Below, piece after piece: positions 29,594 to 39,677 of a stretch of 64,000 bases of DNA (position 1 is the first letter of the stretch; each line of letters starts with the position of its first letter). Under the pieces are notes generated by a model. The model was not told the origin of the DNA. It did not search any database and saw nothing but the letters and a program-made list of their open reading frames with translations. This DNA is from Fibrobacteria bacterium (GTDB taxonomy: Bacteria; Fibrobacterota; Fibrobacteria; UBA11236; JADFYW01), in NCBI GenBank assembly GCA_050294405.1, contig JBNKOC010000028.1:288001-352000 (forward strand), given 5' to 3'. A program made the translations under genes and the position numbers.

Positions 29594-30768
29594 TGAAAAA
29601 AAAGCATAAAAATTTTTTGTTTGATTTGACGCTATTAAGGCCCGAATCCCCAAACAGAGGAATTCCAAAAGTTATTAATGATGTAGTTAACGTAATCGAG
29701 TCAGATTCGCTCTGCAAAAAACATGTGCGCTATGTAGTTGAAAAAAACAAACAATTGTATGTCAAAAATTTATACCCAAATTTAGCAAATAGGTTGGTAC
29801 CCATTAAAAACAATCCCATTGATAAATTTATGTTTGTAGGGTTTTTGTCTGAATTTAGGTATAACTTTTCACATCATGACTATTCCTTTATTTTTCATCC
29901 CTACTTAGCTTCCATTCGTTTTTTTTCAAAAATCCCTCAAGTTTTAATTGTTTATGATTTGATTCATCTTAAAAATTGGAAAAATCAAATTACTTTAAAT
30001 AAAAAAATATCAAATATTATTGTTGTTCTTTATCTACTATACAAACATTATAAAATGAGAATTTGCGAAAACTTTTTTTGTATTTCAAAATATACCAAAA
30101 ATGATTTTTTGAGTTTTTATCCTAGTGCAATTAATAAAACAACTGTCATTCCACTGAAATCAAAAAAATTCCCTGGTTATAGTAAAATTGATGTCAACAA
30201 CATTTTTCTACCTGAAGGCGATAAATTATTGTATGTAGGTGGATTAGATGAAAGAAAGAATGTTGAAAACTTGGTTAGCCACGTGGGAGATTTTTGTGAA
30301 AAAAATGGATGCGCATTAATTATTGCTGGAAGCGCAAGTGATGCAGAAATTTTTTCATTGAAAAAACTTATCTCTAATAAAAAATTAAACAACGTAGTTT
30401 ATTTTTATCCTAATGTTAGTGATAAAGAACTTTCATATATCTATGATGCATCAAAAATTTTTGTCTTTTTTTCCAAATATGAGGGATTCGGTCTGCCCGT
30501 AATAGAAGCGCTATCAAAAGGTTTGCCTGTAATCGCATTTAATAATTCATCGATTACTGAACTATTGAGTGAATCTGGGATATTAATAGAAAATGAAAAT
30601 TATGAAAAATTTATACAAGTATTAGGCGGGGTGTTAGAAAATCCAACTCAAATAAGTGAATTGATAGAAAAGGGTAAGCGTATAGTGGAATTATATGGTG
30701 ATGAAAATTTTAATAACTCAATTATAAATATAATTAAGAAATATAATGAAGAGGAAGAATATGGTTAA
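29593..30768 (+). CDS. Glycosyltransferase family 4 (paralogue of the preceding gene)
   Basis: LYVGGLDERKNV, SKYEGFGLPVIEAL. Confidence 0.9.
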   Translation: MKKKHKNFLFDLTLLRPESPNRGIPKVINDVVNVIESDSLCKKHVRYVVEKNKQLYVKNLYPNLANRLVPIKNNPIDKFMFVGFLSEFRYNFSHHDYSFIFHPYLASIRFFSKIPQVLIVYDLIHLKNWKNQITLNKKISNIIVVLYLLYKHYKMRICENFFCISKYTKNDFLSFYPSAINKTTVIPLKSKKFPGYSKIDVNNIFLPEGDKLLYVGGLDERKNVENLVSHVGDFCEKNGCALIIAGSASDAEIFSLKKLISNKKLNNVVYFYPNVSDKELSYIYDASKIFVFFSKYEGFGLPVIEALSKGLPVIAFNNSSITELLSESGILIENENYEKFIQVLGGVLENPTQISELIEKGKRIVELYGDENFNNSIINIIKKYNEEEEYG

Positions 30769-31669
30769 TCCATTGTCAATATTAAGGTTTGTTTTTTCAA
30801 AATTTCCAATTGGTTTTAGATTAAGAATATCTTTTTTGTTAGATAAGCTTAGGTTGTTTCTAATTGGAGAGTATGCAATTGGAATACTAGTTGATAGTTG
30901 GAATGGAAATCTTATTGTGCCTGCTTCGGATCATATCATCGGCAGAGCGTTGGCAAAAAATGGAGAATGGGATAAAGAACACATAGATGAATTAGCTAAA
31001 ATAATCAAATCAGATTCAACAGTATTGTTTGTAGGCACTCATATTGGTTCCTTAATGATCCCTATTGCTAAACGGGTAAAGAAGGTTGTTGGAATTGAGG
31101 CTAATCCGAATACGTTTAAATTTTTAGAAGCAAATTTATTTATTAATAAAATATCAAATTTTGAAATTTTTAATTATGCCGCTGGAGAAAAGGAGGGTGA
31201 TATTCAGTTTCTCATGAGCAAACATAATACTGGTGGAAGTAAAATAATGCCTCATAGAAAAGGTGTAAAAGAATTTGTTTATGATCAACCCGATGTGGTT
31301 ACAGTACCAATGAAAGCATTAGATGAAGAGTTTCCGACCTCAATGTTTGATGTTATTGTTATGGACATTGAGGGCGCAGAATATTTTGCTTTAAAAGGAA
31401 TGCCAAAAATTTTAAAATCTGCTAAGCATATCCAGTGTGAAATTATATTGAATCATTTAGAAAAAGTTTCGAATGTTTCTTTTCATAAATTTATAGAAAT
31501 TTTTGAAAAGAGTTTCGATATTGCTTTAATCCAATTTCCTAATGGAAAAACACGTTCTATTTCTAAATCTGACTTTGGTAATATCGATAATATTCTCAAA
31601 GAGGAATTAAATGCTGAAAATAACAAACGTATTATTATTGGGGCTGATGTGATTTTCTCAAAAGTATAA
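30746..31669 (+). CDS. FkbM-family methyltransferase
   Basis: VGTHIG, IEANP..F..L..N, NTGG, MDIEGAEYFALKGM. Confidence 0.88.
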   Translation: MKRKNMVNPLSILRFVFSKFPIGFRLRISFLLDKLRLFLIGEYAIGILVDSWNGNLIVPASDHIIGRALAKNGEWDKEHIDELAKIIKSDSTVLFVGTHIGSLMIPIAKRVKKVVGIEANPNTFKFLEANLFINKISNFEIFNYAAGEKEGDIQFLMSKHNTGGSKIMPHRKGVKEFVYDQPDVVTVPMKALDEEFPTSMFDVIVMDIEGAEYFALKGMPKILKSAKHIQCEIILNHLEKVSNVSFHKFIEIFEKSFDIALIQFPNGKTRSISKSDFGNIDNILKEELNAENNKRIIIGADVIFSKV

Positions 31670-32526
31670 TGAAAATTTGTTTAATTATTATAAACTACAA
31701 TAACTGTCAAGCGACAATTAATTGTTTAACCTCTATTGTATTAAATAGCAAAAGGCCTGAATACATATGTATTGTGGATAATGGTTCAACTGACAATTCA
31801 TTAGATCAACTATTTAAGTTTAAAAACAAGGGAAGTATACATTTCGAAATATTAAGATTAAATGATAATTTGGGTTATGCTGGAGGGTGCAATCGGGGTA
31901 TAAAACATTGCAAAAGTATTGGCTTTGATTATTATGTGGTCGCTAATAATGACTTAATTTTTCATGAAAAAGCTTTCAAAAATTTAAGCAGAGACCTTAA
32001 TGGACGACATGACATCATTTTTGGTGGGAATGTTAAAAGTACGGATGGAAGTTATGGTAAATGTGTTGGAGTATTTCATAACAATGTTGTGTTGCCAAAT
32101 TTCCTTAATGATTCTGATAGGTTAATTGAACGGGAAGTCAGTTTTATTTCAGGTTGTTTTTTGGGGATTTGCGAAAAAGCTATTGAAAGAAATTGTCTTT
32201 TTGATGAAAAATTTTTTTTGTATTATGAAGACGTTGATTTATGTATAAGATTAAAAAAATGGAAATTCAAACTAGTTTATTTTCCAAATATTGAATTGTA
32301 CCATAAAGAATCAGAAACTATGATTAAGGAAAACGTGGACACAAATTACTATGCATTACGTAATTATATAATTCTATCAAAGCAGCAATTACCGAGATAT
32401 AAATATATATTAAGCATCTTTTCTATTGCAAAAGTACACATTTTTAAAATCGATACAATTAATTATTATTTGGATTGTTTTATTGCAATTTTTCACGGAG
32501 TAATTGGTAGAATAGGTAAAAAATGA
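31669..32526 (+). CDS. Glycosyltransferase family 2 (rhamnosyltransferase-like)
   Basis: IINYN, VDNGSTD, NLGYAGGCNRG, NND, FDEKFFLYYEDVDLC. Confidence 0.9.
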   Translation: MKICLIIINYNNCQATINCLTSIVLNSKRPEYICIVDNGSTDNSLDQLFKFKNKGSIHFEILRLNDNLGYAGGCNRGIKHCKSIGFDYYVVANNDLIFHEKAFKNLSRDLNGRHDIIFGGNVKSTDGSYGKCVGVFHNNVVLPNFLNDSDRLIEREVSFISGCFLGICEKAIERNCLFDEKFFLYYEDVDLCIRLKKWKFKLVYFPNIELYHKESETMIKENVDTNYYALRNYIILSKQQLPRYKYILSIFSIAKVHIFKIDTINYYLDCFIAIFHGVIGRIGKK

Positions 32527-33737
32527 ATCAAAATGAATCAAACTCTGAATTAGCTAATTCATTTATATTTTTTGTTTTAAAATTTCTGAGTATATGCTTG
32601 GACAACAAACTGCTAATAATTATTGGGACGACTATTCCTTCTATAATTGCGGTTGTCTATTGTCTTTTTACGCCGAATACTTTTTTATCAAAGGCAATAA
32701 TTATACCACCCAATGGAAAAGGAAGCTCTCCTATTTCATCTGTATTGGGGGACATCGGAGGAATGGCTAGCCTTTTAAATTTTGATTTAGGGGATAAGGC
32801 CGAATTTGATTTGGCTTTGGAAATATCTCAGTCTGATATTTATCTAAAAAACATCATTAACCACTTTGACTTATATAAACATTATGAATTAGAGAAGGGT
32901 AAAGTTAAAATAGAAACAGTAATTAGGAAATTAAAGAACAATTTAAGTATAGATGAAACAGATTATGATAATATGTATGTTGCATTTGAGGATGAGGACC
33001 CTAAAATGTGTTCAACAGTTGTTGCGTATTCATACAAATTACTTGACTCTCTATATTTAAATATTAAAAATCGTCAAATTGTTTTAAAACAAAAATTCAT
33101 GGAAAATAAAGTTAAAGTCACAAAAACAGAATTGGAGACGGCATTAAATAGATTAATTGAATTTCAAACTCAAAATAAAATTTATTTGCCTGAAGAGCAA
33201 ATGGAGAAAATAGTCCTGACTTTAGTGGATTTAGAAAAGAAAAAAAGACTGCTTGAAGATGAAATAGAGTTTGTTGGAAAGACAGAGTCTAAACAATCCG
33301 AGATGTATAAGAAATTAAAAATTAAACGGCAGATATTAATGGACCAGTTGGATTCACTCAATCAAGGAGAACTTTCAAATGAATTAATTTTAACTAGTTT
33401 AAAGAATACTCCAACGTTAATCAAAGAATATAAAAAAATATATATTGATGTTAAGCTCAATGAAGAACTTCTTAAATTTTTCATTAAGACAAATGAAGAG
33501 TTAAAGTTTAAAGCGTCTACAAATTATGAACAAATTCAATTGCTCTCTCCAGGATTTGTTCCTCAAAAAAAGTTTGCTCCGCCTAAATCAGCAATTTGCA
33601 TAGTTATTTTTACCGTATCGTTGGTAATTTCAATTGCTTTTGCTGTGATTTTAAATTTTTATAAATTACAGAAGGCGTTAAATAGTCCATCATATGTAAT
33701 GATGATGGAAGTTTTAACAAAAATTAAATTTAGATAA
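32523..33737 (+). CDS. Polysaccharide co-polymerase (Wzz/GumC-like, no kinase domain)
   Basis: Two TM segments flanking a long coiled coil; Pro-rich PGFVPQKKFAPPK before the C-terminal TM. Confidence 0.75.
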   Translation: MNQNESNSELANSFIFFVLKFLSICLDNKLLIIIGTTIPSIIAVVYCLFTPNTFLSKAIIIPPNGKGSSPISSVLGDIGGMASLLNFDLGDKAEFDLALEISQSDIYLKNIINHFDLYKHYELEKGKVKIETVIRKLKNNLSIDETDYDNMYVAFEDEDPKMCSTVVAYSYKLLDSLYLNIKNRQIVLKQKFMENKVKVTKTELETALNRLIEFQTQNKIYLPEEQMEKIVLTLVDLEKKKRLLEDEIEFVGKTESKQSEMYKKLKIKRQILMDQLDSLNQGELSNELILTSLKNTPTLIKEYKKIYIDVKLNEELLKFFIKTNEELKFKASTNYEQIQLLSPGFVPQKKFAPPKSAICIVIFTVSLVISIAFAVILNFYKLQKALNSPSYVMMMEVLTKIKFR

Positions 33738-33745
33738 TAGAGCTT

Positions 33746-35002
33746 ATGCCTTTTTTATTTCTTGGAATTTCCCTTTTTACATTTATTGCGGGTTACTTTC
33801 GAGGGTGTGATATATTCTCACCATGGAGAATATATGTTTATTCTCATTCCACGATTTTAGGTGTGTCGTTATTTTATTTTCATCCAGCTATGACTCCGAT
33901 TAAGCCACTTACATGGTTTGTCATATTAGGTGGTGCTATTTCTTATATTATGGGTCACGTGGCATTTAATTTAATTTCACCTCAGTTAAACTTTAAAAAC
34001 ATTAAAATCGAAGTTCCATACGTAAACTGGAAATTTTTACTACAAGTAGTAATGGTTTATTATTTTTTATACACTTTAGTATACGCCTATAACAGCTCAA
34101 TTGTAGGTATTCCTTTATTTTCGTCTGACATAGGGGATAATCGTTTAAAGTTTTTTGGAGTGAATTATCACACAATGCTCGTTTTGCTTTTGTTTCCTTT
34201 TTTTTTAATGGTTTCATTTTCGTATCGGAAATTTTCTAAAATAGCACCAATTTACAACAAAATCTTGCTTGCATTAGATTTGTTGCTTATTATTTCCTTT
34301 GTAATATTGTTAAATAGAAATAGTGTAATGTGGTTGGGCTTTTCACTCATACTTGTTAGTCACTATTGTGTTAGAAAAATTGAGGGTAAGAAAATTTTAT
34401 TTTTCATTGTTTTATTTTTTGCTTTAATTTTTGTGGTCGGCCTTTCTCGAACGGGCCATACATATAAAGTTATTTCCAAAAATAAGGGGATTATCGAAGA
34501 AATTTTAAAAACATTTTATAGTTATCCAGCAAATAATGTGTGGAATTTAGATTATAATCTAAATCCAGCTCCCGATCAATTTATTCATCCGAGAACTTAT
34601 GGGTTTGATCATTTAAGCCCAGTTTTTGATTTTGTTTTAATTTCAGAATACATTAGATCAAAATTAGGTTGGGAAGGTCTTTTTATTAAAAAAACGGCAA
34701 AGGTTCAGGGATATAATTCCGTATTGTATCAATGGAACCTTTGGAAAGAATTTGGGCCAGTACTGGCTATGTTAATTCCATTTATGAGTGGGTTTTTTAT
34801 ATGTTACATATATAAAAAAATGCTTGAGAAAAGAAATTTATTTATGGTGTGGATATATTGTCAATTTGCTTTCTTCATATTATTTAGCTTTATGGTACCA
34901 TTTTGGTATTTTAATATAGCTTGGTTTGCAATATTATTTTCGATTTTTTGTTATAAATTTTTCCCATATCAAATGAATGTATCAGAAGTTGAAAATATCT
35001 AG
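33746..35002 (+). CDS. Oligosaccharide repeat-unit polymerase (Wzy-like)
   Basis: Multi-TM protein with a large late periplasmic loop and N...W.EFG motif; position within the cluster. Confidence 0.65.
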   Translation: MPFLFLGISLFTFIAGYFRGCDIFSPWRIYVYSHSTILGVSLFYFHPAMTPIKPLTWFVILGGAISYIMGHVAFNLISPQLNFKNIKIEVPYVNWKFLLQVVMVYYFLYTLVYAYNSSIVGIPLFSSDIGDNRLKFFGVNYHTMLVLLLFPFFLMVSFSYRKFSKIAPIYNKILLALDLLLIISFVILLNRNSVMWLGFSLILVSHYCVRKIEGKKILFFIVLFFALIFVVGLSRTGHTYKVISKNKGIIEEILKTFYSYPANNVWNLDYNLNPAPDQFIHPRTYGFDHLSPVFDFVLISEYIRSKLGWEGLFIKKTAKVQGYNSVLYQWNLWKEFGPVLAMLIPFMSGFFICYIYKKMLEKRNLFMVWIYCQFAFFILFSFMVPFWYFNIAWFAILFSIFCYKFFPYQMNVSEVENI

Positions 35003-36248
35003 TATCAAGATCCGCAATTTATATATCACAAAAACCACTTTGGCCAATTTTATTTTTTTAAGCATTCAGCCAGTTTTTAATTTTATTGGCCAATTGTTAT
35101 TGATTCCTTATTACACCAAATATCTTGGACTCAATAAGATTGGCGAATTGTTCGCAATTATGGTGGTAAGTAATGTGTTTGTTGCTTTAATAGATTTCAA
35201 TCTCCTATCTCCGACAATTCGAAGGTATGAAAATGCAATAGTGAAAAAAAAAGTAATACATTCTTTTTTGATATTAAAAATATTTCTTAGTCTGATTATA
35301 TTATTCCTTGGTTTTTTTTGGTTAAAGTATTTTACTAATTATAGTAATGAAATAAAACTGACTTTAGCGCTATTCATAATTGGTGGTGTCGTAAATCCAT
35401 ATATATTTGATTGGTATTTTATATCTGAAGACAAAATCAAAAAGAATGGTTATGTAAAAGGTTTACATTCCATGGCTTATATTTTATTAATAATAATAGC
35501 AATCCCAATTTATCCCTATACATACACATTGCCAATATTATCAAATGTGTTGTCTATTATTGTGATTGTATATTTTTCGGTTTCAGAAAAAATAAAAAAC
35601 ATTTTCCCAATTATTTTTGATTTAAAAATGTCTATAAAAATTATAATTGAAGCGTCACCAATTGCATTGATGCAATTTATCGCTCCTTTTGGTATTCCTT
35701 TTGGATTGGTGGCTCTACAACAATTTTCATATAAGCAAAATATTATGGCCTCTTTTGGGATTGGTCAAAAAATTTCATTATCGTTTATTACGTTAGCACA
35801 TCCAATAGTGCTAGCACTAATAAAAAAAATGTCATCTGACTTGGATGTAACGGCTCTTATTCCTTATGTAAGAAAAAATACAATTTTCTCTTTGGGTGGG
35901 TATGTGTTTACTACTTTGGGGTTGAATATATTTGTAATGTACTTTTTTCCATATTTTGTAGAATTAAAAACTGATAGTATATTGGTTATTCTATTTGTAA
36001 TGAACATTTACATGATTGCGGTCCTATTCATATACTTGCGAGTTCCCTTGGTAAGCTACTTTTTAGGAACAGGTAAAACAAAAATGTTTTTTTTGTTTCA
36101 TACCTTACCGATTTTATGCTTAGTTGGATTCACTATATTATTCGCGAATCAAAATAGTTACAAATTTGTTGCAGTTACCTGTGCAAGTACCGAAGTGTTA
36201 ACAACTTTAATATTTTTTAGTTTTTTTTTCAAAAAGCTAAAATTCTAA
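34977..36248 (+). CDS. Oligosaccharide flippase (Wzx-like)
   Basis: About 12 TM segments; N-terminal L.PYYTKYLG...G typical of Wzx. Confidence 0.7.
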   Translation: MYQKLKISSIKIRNLYITKTTLANFIFLSIQPVFNFIGQLLLIPYYTKYLGLNKIGELFAIMVVSNVFVALIDFNLLSPTIRRYENAIVKKKVIHSFLILKIFLSLIILFLGFFWLKYFTNYSNEIKLTLALFIIGGVVNPYIFDWYFISEDKIKKNGYVKGLHSMAYILLIIIAIPIYPYTYTLPILSNVLSIIVIVYFSVSEKIKNIFPIIFDLKMSIKIIIEASPIALMQFIAPFGIPFGLVALQQFSYKQNIMASFGIGQKISLSFITLAHPIVLALIKKMSSDLDVTALIPYVRKNTIFSLGGYVFTTLGLNIFVMYFFPYFVELKTDSILVILFVMNIYMIAVLFIYLRVPLVSYFLGTGKTKMFFLFHTLPILCLVGFTILFANQNSYKFVAVTCASTEVLTTLIFFSFFFKKLKF

Positions 36249-37280
36249 ATTAGGATAATAATTTCTACGTTTATCGGGCGTTAATAAAAACAATATATTA
36301 TCCTTGATTGGATACTCATGGTTACAGATGTTGCATATATAAAAACTTTCCTTTTTGAACAAATTGTGCTCCTCTTTGTTTTGTAAACAATTTGGACAAA
36401 TGATAGTGTCAATTATTGTGTTTTTCCCTTCCTTTAATGGGCCTCCTTGTTTCTTGCATAAGCCATTGATAATACCACCAAATAGAAAAGCAATAAAATA
36501 CTTTAAACCAAAAGAACTATTGATCGAAATTTCTAATTTTTTTTTAGTCATTAATTTTATATCAGATGAATAAAAATCAGAGAAAGACGATTTCCATTTT
36601 GCAATGCTAATATCATGGTTTTCAATTACATCATAATCTTGCTCAACAAAATTTTCATCGAGAAAAATACTGTCCATTAAATTTAAGATCCTATTATAAA
36701 TTGAATTGCCTGAGATATTACTATTGGCAAGTCTTTTTTTGTAAATTGGAAAATGCAAAAATTGTTTAAATGGTTCTTCGTCAAAGTAATATGAGCCTCC
36801 TGGTTCGAGAACTCTAAAAACTTCTTTTATTATTGGGGTGGGGTCTGGAAAATGATGTAACATTTCATAGCCAAAAACAAATGGTATTGAATTTGATTTA
36901 AAGGGCAATAAATAAGCATCACCACAGATCCTCATGGGTAATTTGTTTTTAGCAAATTTATTCCCATAATATTCACAACTTTTTAGCATATCATAAGAAA
37001 TATCAAATGCAGCCCCAGAAACATTAAAATTATTTTCGAGAACCAAATCTCTTTGGCATCTTTCAGCTCCAATTTCTAAATAAAAATTAGGAATTTTAAT
37101 TTTCTTAAAAAGGATATTAAAGTCCGATTCTGTTTTTGCCATCCTTTCTAAAAGAATGCTTTCAATATTTGTGTATTGTAAAGCTCCGTCAAATTCATTT
37201 TTTCCTAAAATTTGTTCTGAGAATAACTTTCTCCTAAATTCAATTTCACCCATTTTATTTTTGGTTTCTTGTGGCTTCAT
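36237..37280 (-). CDS. SAM-dependent methyltransferase with C-terminal Trm112-like zinc ribbon
   Basis: LEIGA, GDAYLLPF, LHHFPDP...EVFRVLEPGG; C-terminal ICPNC...ICNICNHEYPIKDNILFLL. Confidence 0.8.
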   Translation of the reverse strand: MKPQETKNKMGEIEFRRKLFSEQILGKNEFDGALQYTNIESILLERMAKTESDFNILFKKIKIPNFYLEIGAERCQRDLVLENNFNVSGAAFDISYDMLKSCEYYGNKFAKNKLPMRICGDAYLLPFKSNSIPFVFGYEMLHHFPDPTPIIKEVFRVLEPGGSYYFDEEPFKQFLHFPIYKKRLANSNISGNSIYNRILNLMDSIFLDENFVEQDYDVIENHDISIAKWKSSFSDFYSSDIKLMTKKKLEISINSSFGLKYFIAFLFGGIINGLCKKQGGPLKEGKNTIIDTIICPNCLQNKEEHNLFKKESFYICNICNHEYPIKDNILFLLTPDKRRNYYPNLEF

Positions 37281-37287
37281 TTTTCCT

Positions 37288-38457
37288 CTAATTTGTTTGG
37301 GTTAGTAAACTAAACTTACTTCTTAAATTCATAAAAGGCTTCTCATAAAATTTGTAAAGGATATAAGAAATAAAAAAGGTGGCGATAACGTATACTGCGA
37401 TAAATTGTAGCATAGTAATTATATTTACATTCAAATAATCAAAGTGATGAAGTATTAATAGTACTATTGAATTGTGTGTTAAATAAATTGAATATGAAAT
37501 CTTTGAGGTGTGTGTAACCATTTGAGCTAATAAGTTTTTTGTTTTATCGAATTTCATGTTCAAAAATTGTGGAATTAAAAGGCTAAATCCTATTCCGGTA
37601 ACTGTGAAATAAAAGGTATTTGAATAGGCTGAATTAATGATAAAATTTGATTTCAAGATGTGTGAAAAAAAATAATATCCTGTGGTAAACAATATTATAA
37701 CACCAATTATGAATAAATGTTGCTTAATTGCAAATAAAAGTTTTCCGTAATAATAATTAATCCAGGCCAAGAAAACGCCACTTAAAATAGCATCCATACG
37801 CATTATTGTAACCTTTCTAATTTCACTATCCCAATTCAAATTGGGTACCTGAGACATTACTAACCTAATAAAGAGGCCAATTGAAAATGACAAAAAAATT
37901 GCGATAAGAATTTTTTTTTTGAAAGAAAGTTTCCCTGTAAGAATCCAATGTATAATTCCGATCATTAGTGGGAATGTAAAATAAAACCATTCTTCAATAC
38001 ATAAACTCCAAGCTTCGGAAAAAAAAGGAGGATGTGTTGAGAACAAATTTTGGGAAAATATTAAATAACGTACATAATCAATTTCGAATACTAGTATTCT
38101 TCCACTAGTCATATATACGAAAATGAAAAGGATTGTTAGAATTAGGTAATAATTGGGCAGTGTTCGAAACCACCTACGTAGCCAAAAATTTAGCAAAGTT
38201 TTTATTGTGTAGCCATTTTGAAAATCTTTAATCAATATGGTTCCAATTAAAAAGCCGCTTAATACGAAAAACAACTCAACACCCCAAAAGCCAAAAATTC
38301 TAAAAAAATTAGTATCAATGAGTAATGGGTTTAAAAGAATTCTGCCGTGCTCGACTAACACCAGTAGGATAGCCAATGTTCTCAAAAGATCAAGGCCGAA
38401 AATTCTCTTTTCGTTTGAAGTATGTATGTAAGCTTTAGCTTCCAAAACTAACCACAT
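37288..38457 (-). CDS. Acyltransferase family 3 (OafA-like O-acetyltransferase)
   Basis: RIFGLDLLRTLAILLV, GVELFFVLSGFLI, RRWFRTLPNY, WSLCIEEWFY, ISYSIYLTH, YEKPF. Confidence 0.92.
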   Translation of the reverse strand: MWLVLEAKAYIHTSNEKRIFGLDLLRTLAILLVLVEHGRILLNPLLIDTNFFRIFGFWGVELFFVLSGFLIGTILIKDFQNGYTIKTLLNFWLRRWFRTLPNYYLILTILFIFVYMTSGRILVFEIDYVRYLIFSQNLFSTHPPFFSEAWSLCIEEWFYFTFPLMIGIIHWILTGKLSFKKKILIAIFLSFSIGLFIRLVMSQVPNLNWDSEIRKVTIMRMDAILSGVFLAWINYYYGKLLFAIKQHLFIIGVIILFTTGYYFFSHILKSNFIINSAYSNTFYFTVTGIGFSLLIPQFLNMKFDKTKNLLAQMVTHTSKISYSIYLTHNSIVLLILHHFDYLNVNIITMLQFIAVYVIATFFISYILYKFYEKPFMNLRSKFSLLTQTN

Positions 38458-38466
38458 ATAGGCTAA

Positions 38467-39663
38467 TTACTTAATAGTCATAAATGTTAGTATTGAAAAA
38501 GTCATGCTTACTAAGCTTATTAATATTGGGGCGTAAATAGTAAATTTTGTTTCAATATTTTCTTTTATGTAAATAGCATCGCCAGGTTTAAGCTTTTTAT
38601 TGATTTCAATTACTTTAAATGAAGCTTCCCCTTTTCTATTCAATAAAACCTTTTCTGACAATTTGGAGGATGTCATTAATCCTGCCATAGCTAAATAGCT
38701 TGAAACTAATTTATTTGGATCATAAGGAAAAAAACCTGGGGCTTGTACTGCACCCCCAACATAAATTTCATTTGTAATGGTTGATATTTCGATTAAACTA
38801 TTTTTCACCGGCGAATAGGTGCTTAATTCATCTAAATTTACGATTTTTGGTCTTTTTTCGGGCTCAGATAATATTACGGTACCCCGCGGAGGATTGAATT
38901 GGTACGAATTAAATTTTTGAATTAAATCCAGAAGGGTTTCTTCTTTTTCTAATTGAACTGTTACATCCCATTTTTGGAAGCGAATTGTTACGAAAGGACT
39001 ATTATAATCAACTGGGGGTACATGGATAATTGTTCCCTGTTTTACATATGGATTTTGAGTGAGATCTCCATGCTTGTAAAAATTTGAAATGTTGATTGCC
39101 GAAGAGTCGCCCGATGAAGATTTTATGAATATCAGTGATTTTCTTGCATCATTGTTAAATCCATGAGATCTTTCCAGAGCATCAGTTATACGATAAGTAC
39201 TGGGTATTTCATAGATTCCGGGTTTGCTCACGGAACCTGAAACAACAACTCTAACTTTTTTAGGATTTTTTAGGGATATAAAACATCTACTTAAATTTTC
39301 ATAATCTTTTATGAGGATTAATAGGCTATCTTTTGTTTCTTTTAAATTCTTTCCCGTTGCGTCAAATACTCCATATTTCTTTAATACTATTTTTCCTTCT
39401 GCATTAATTTGGGTGCTTATGGTTTTGGCTTCTATATGTATGTCAAAGACATCCCCTGGACCCACCATGTATAATGAGTCAATAATAGGTGCATCAAGAA
39501 TAAGTGGAGACTCTACAAATTTAGCTTCGCTTACTTCCTTATCGAAAAAACTAGGCATCTCATCTAAATTTAAGGGTAAATTTGATGGTTTAAGAATATC
39601 AGAATCATTTGAATATGTATATGTTATAATAAGTAATGCTATTGCTGACAAATATTTAATCAT
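38467..39663 (-). CDS. SLBB-domain polysaccharide export protein (Wza/OPX-like)
   Basis: YMVGPGD, VSGSVSKPGIYE, VGGAVQAPG, LKPGD.IYI, C-terminal helix. Confidence 0.8.
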   Translation of the reverse strand: MIKYLSAIALLIITYTYSNDSDILKPSNLPLNLDEMPSFFDKEVSEAKFVESPLILDAPIIDSLYMVGPGDVFDIHIEAKTISTQINAEGKIVLKKYGVFDATGKNLKETKDSLLILIKDYENLSRCFISLKNPKKVRVVVSGSVSKPGIYEIPSTYRITDALERSHGFNNDARKSLIFIKSSSGDSSAINISNFYKHGDLTQNPYVKQGTIIHVPPVDYNSPFVTIRFQKWDVTVQLEKEETLLDLIQKFNSYQFNPPRGTVILSEPEKRPKIVNLDELSTYSPVKNSLIEISTITNEIYVGGAVQAPGFFPYDPNKLVSSYLAMAGLMTSSKLSEKVLLNRKGEASFKVIEINKKLKPGDAIYIKENIETKFTIYAPILISLVSMTFSILTFMTIK

Positions 39664-39677
39664 AAGTTCTCAGTTAA

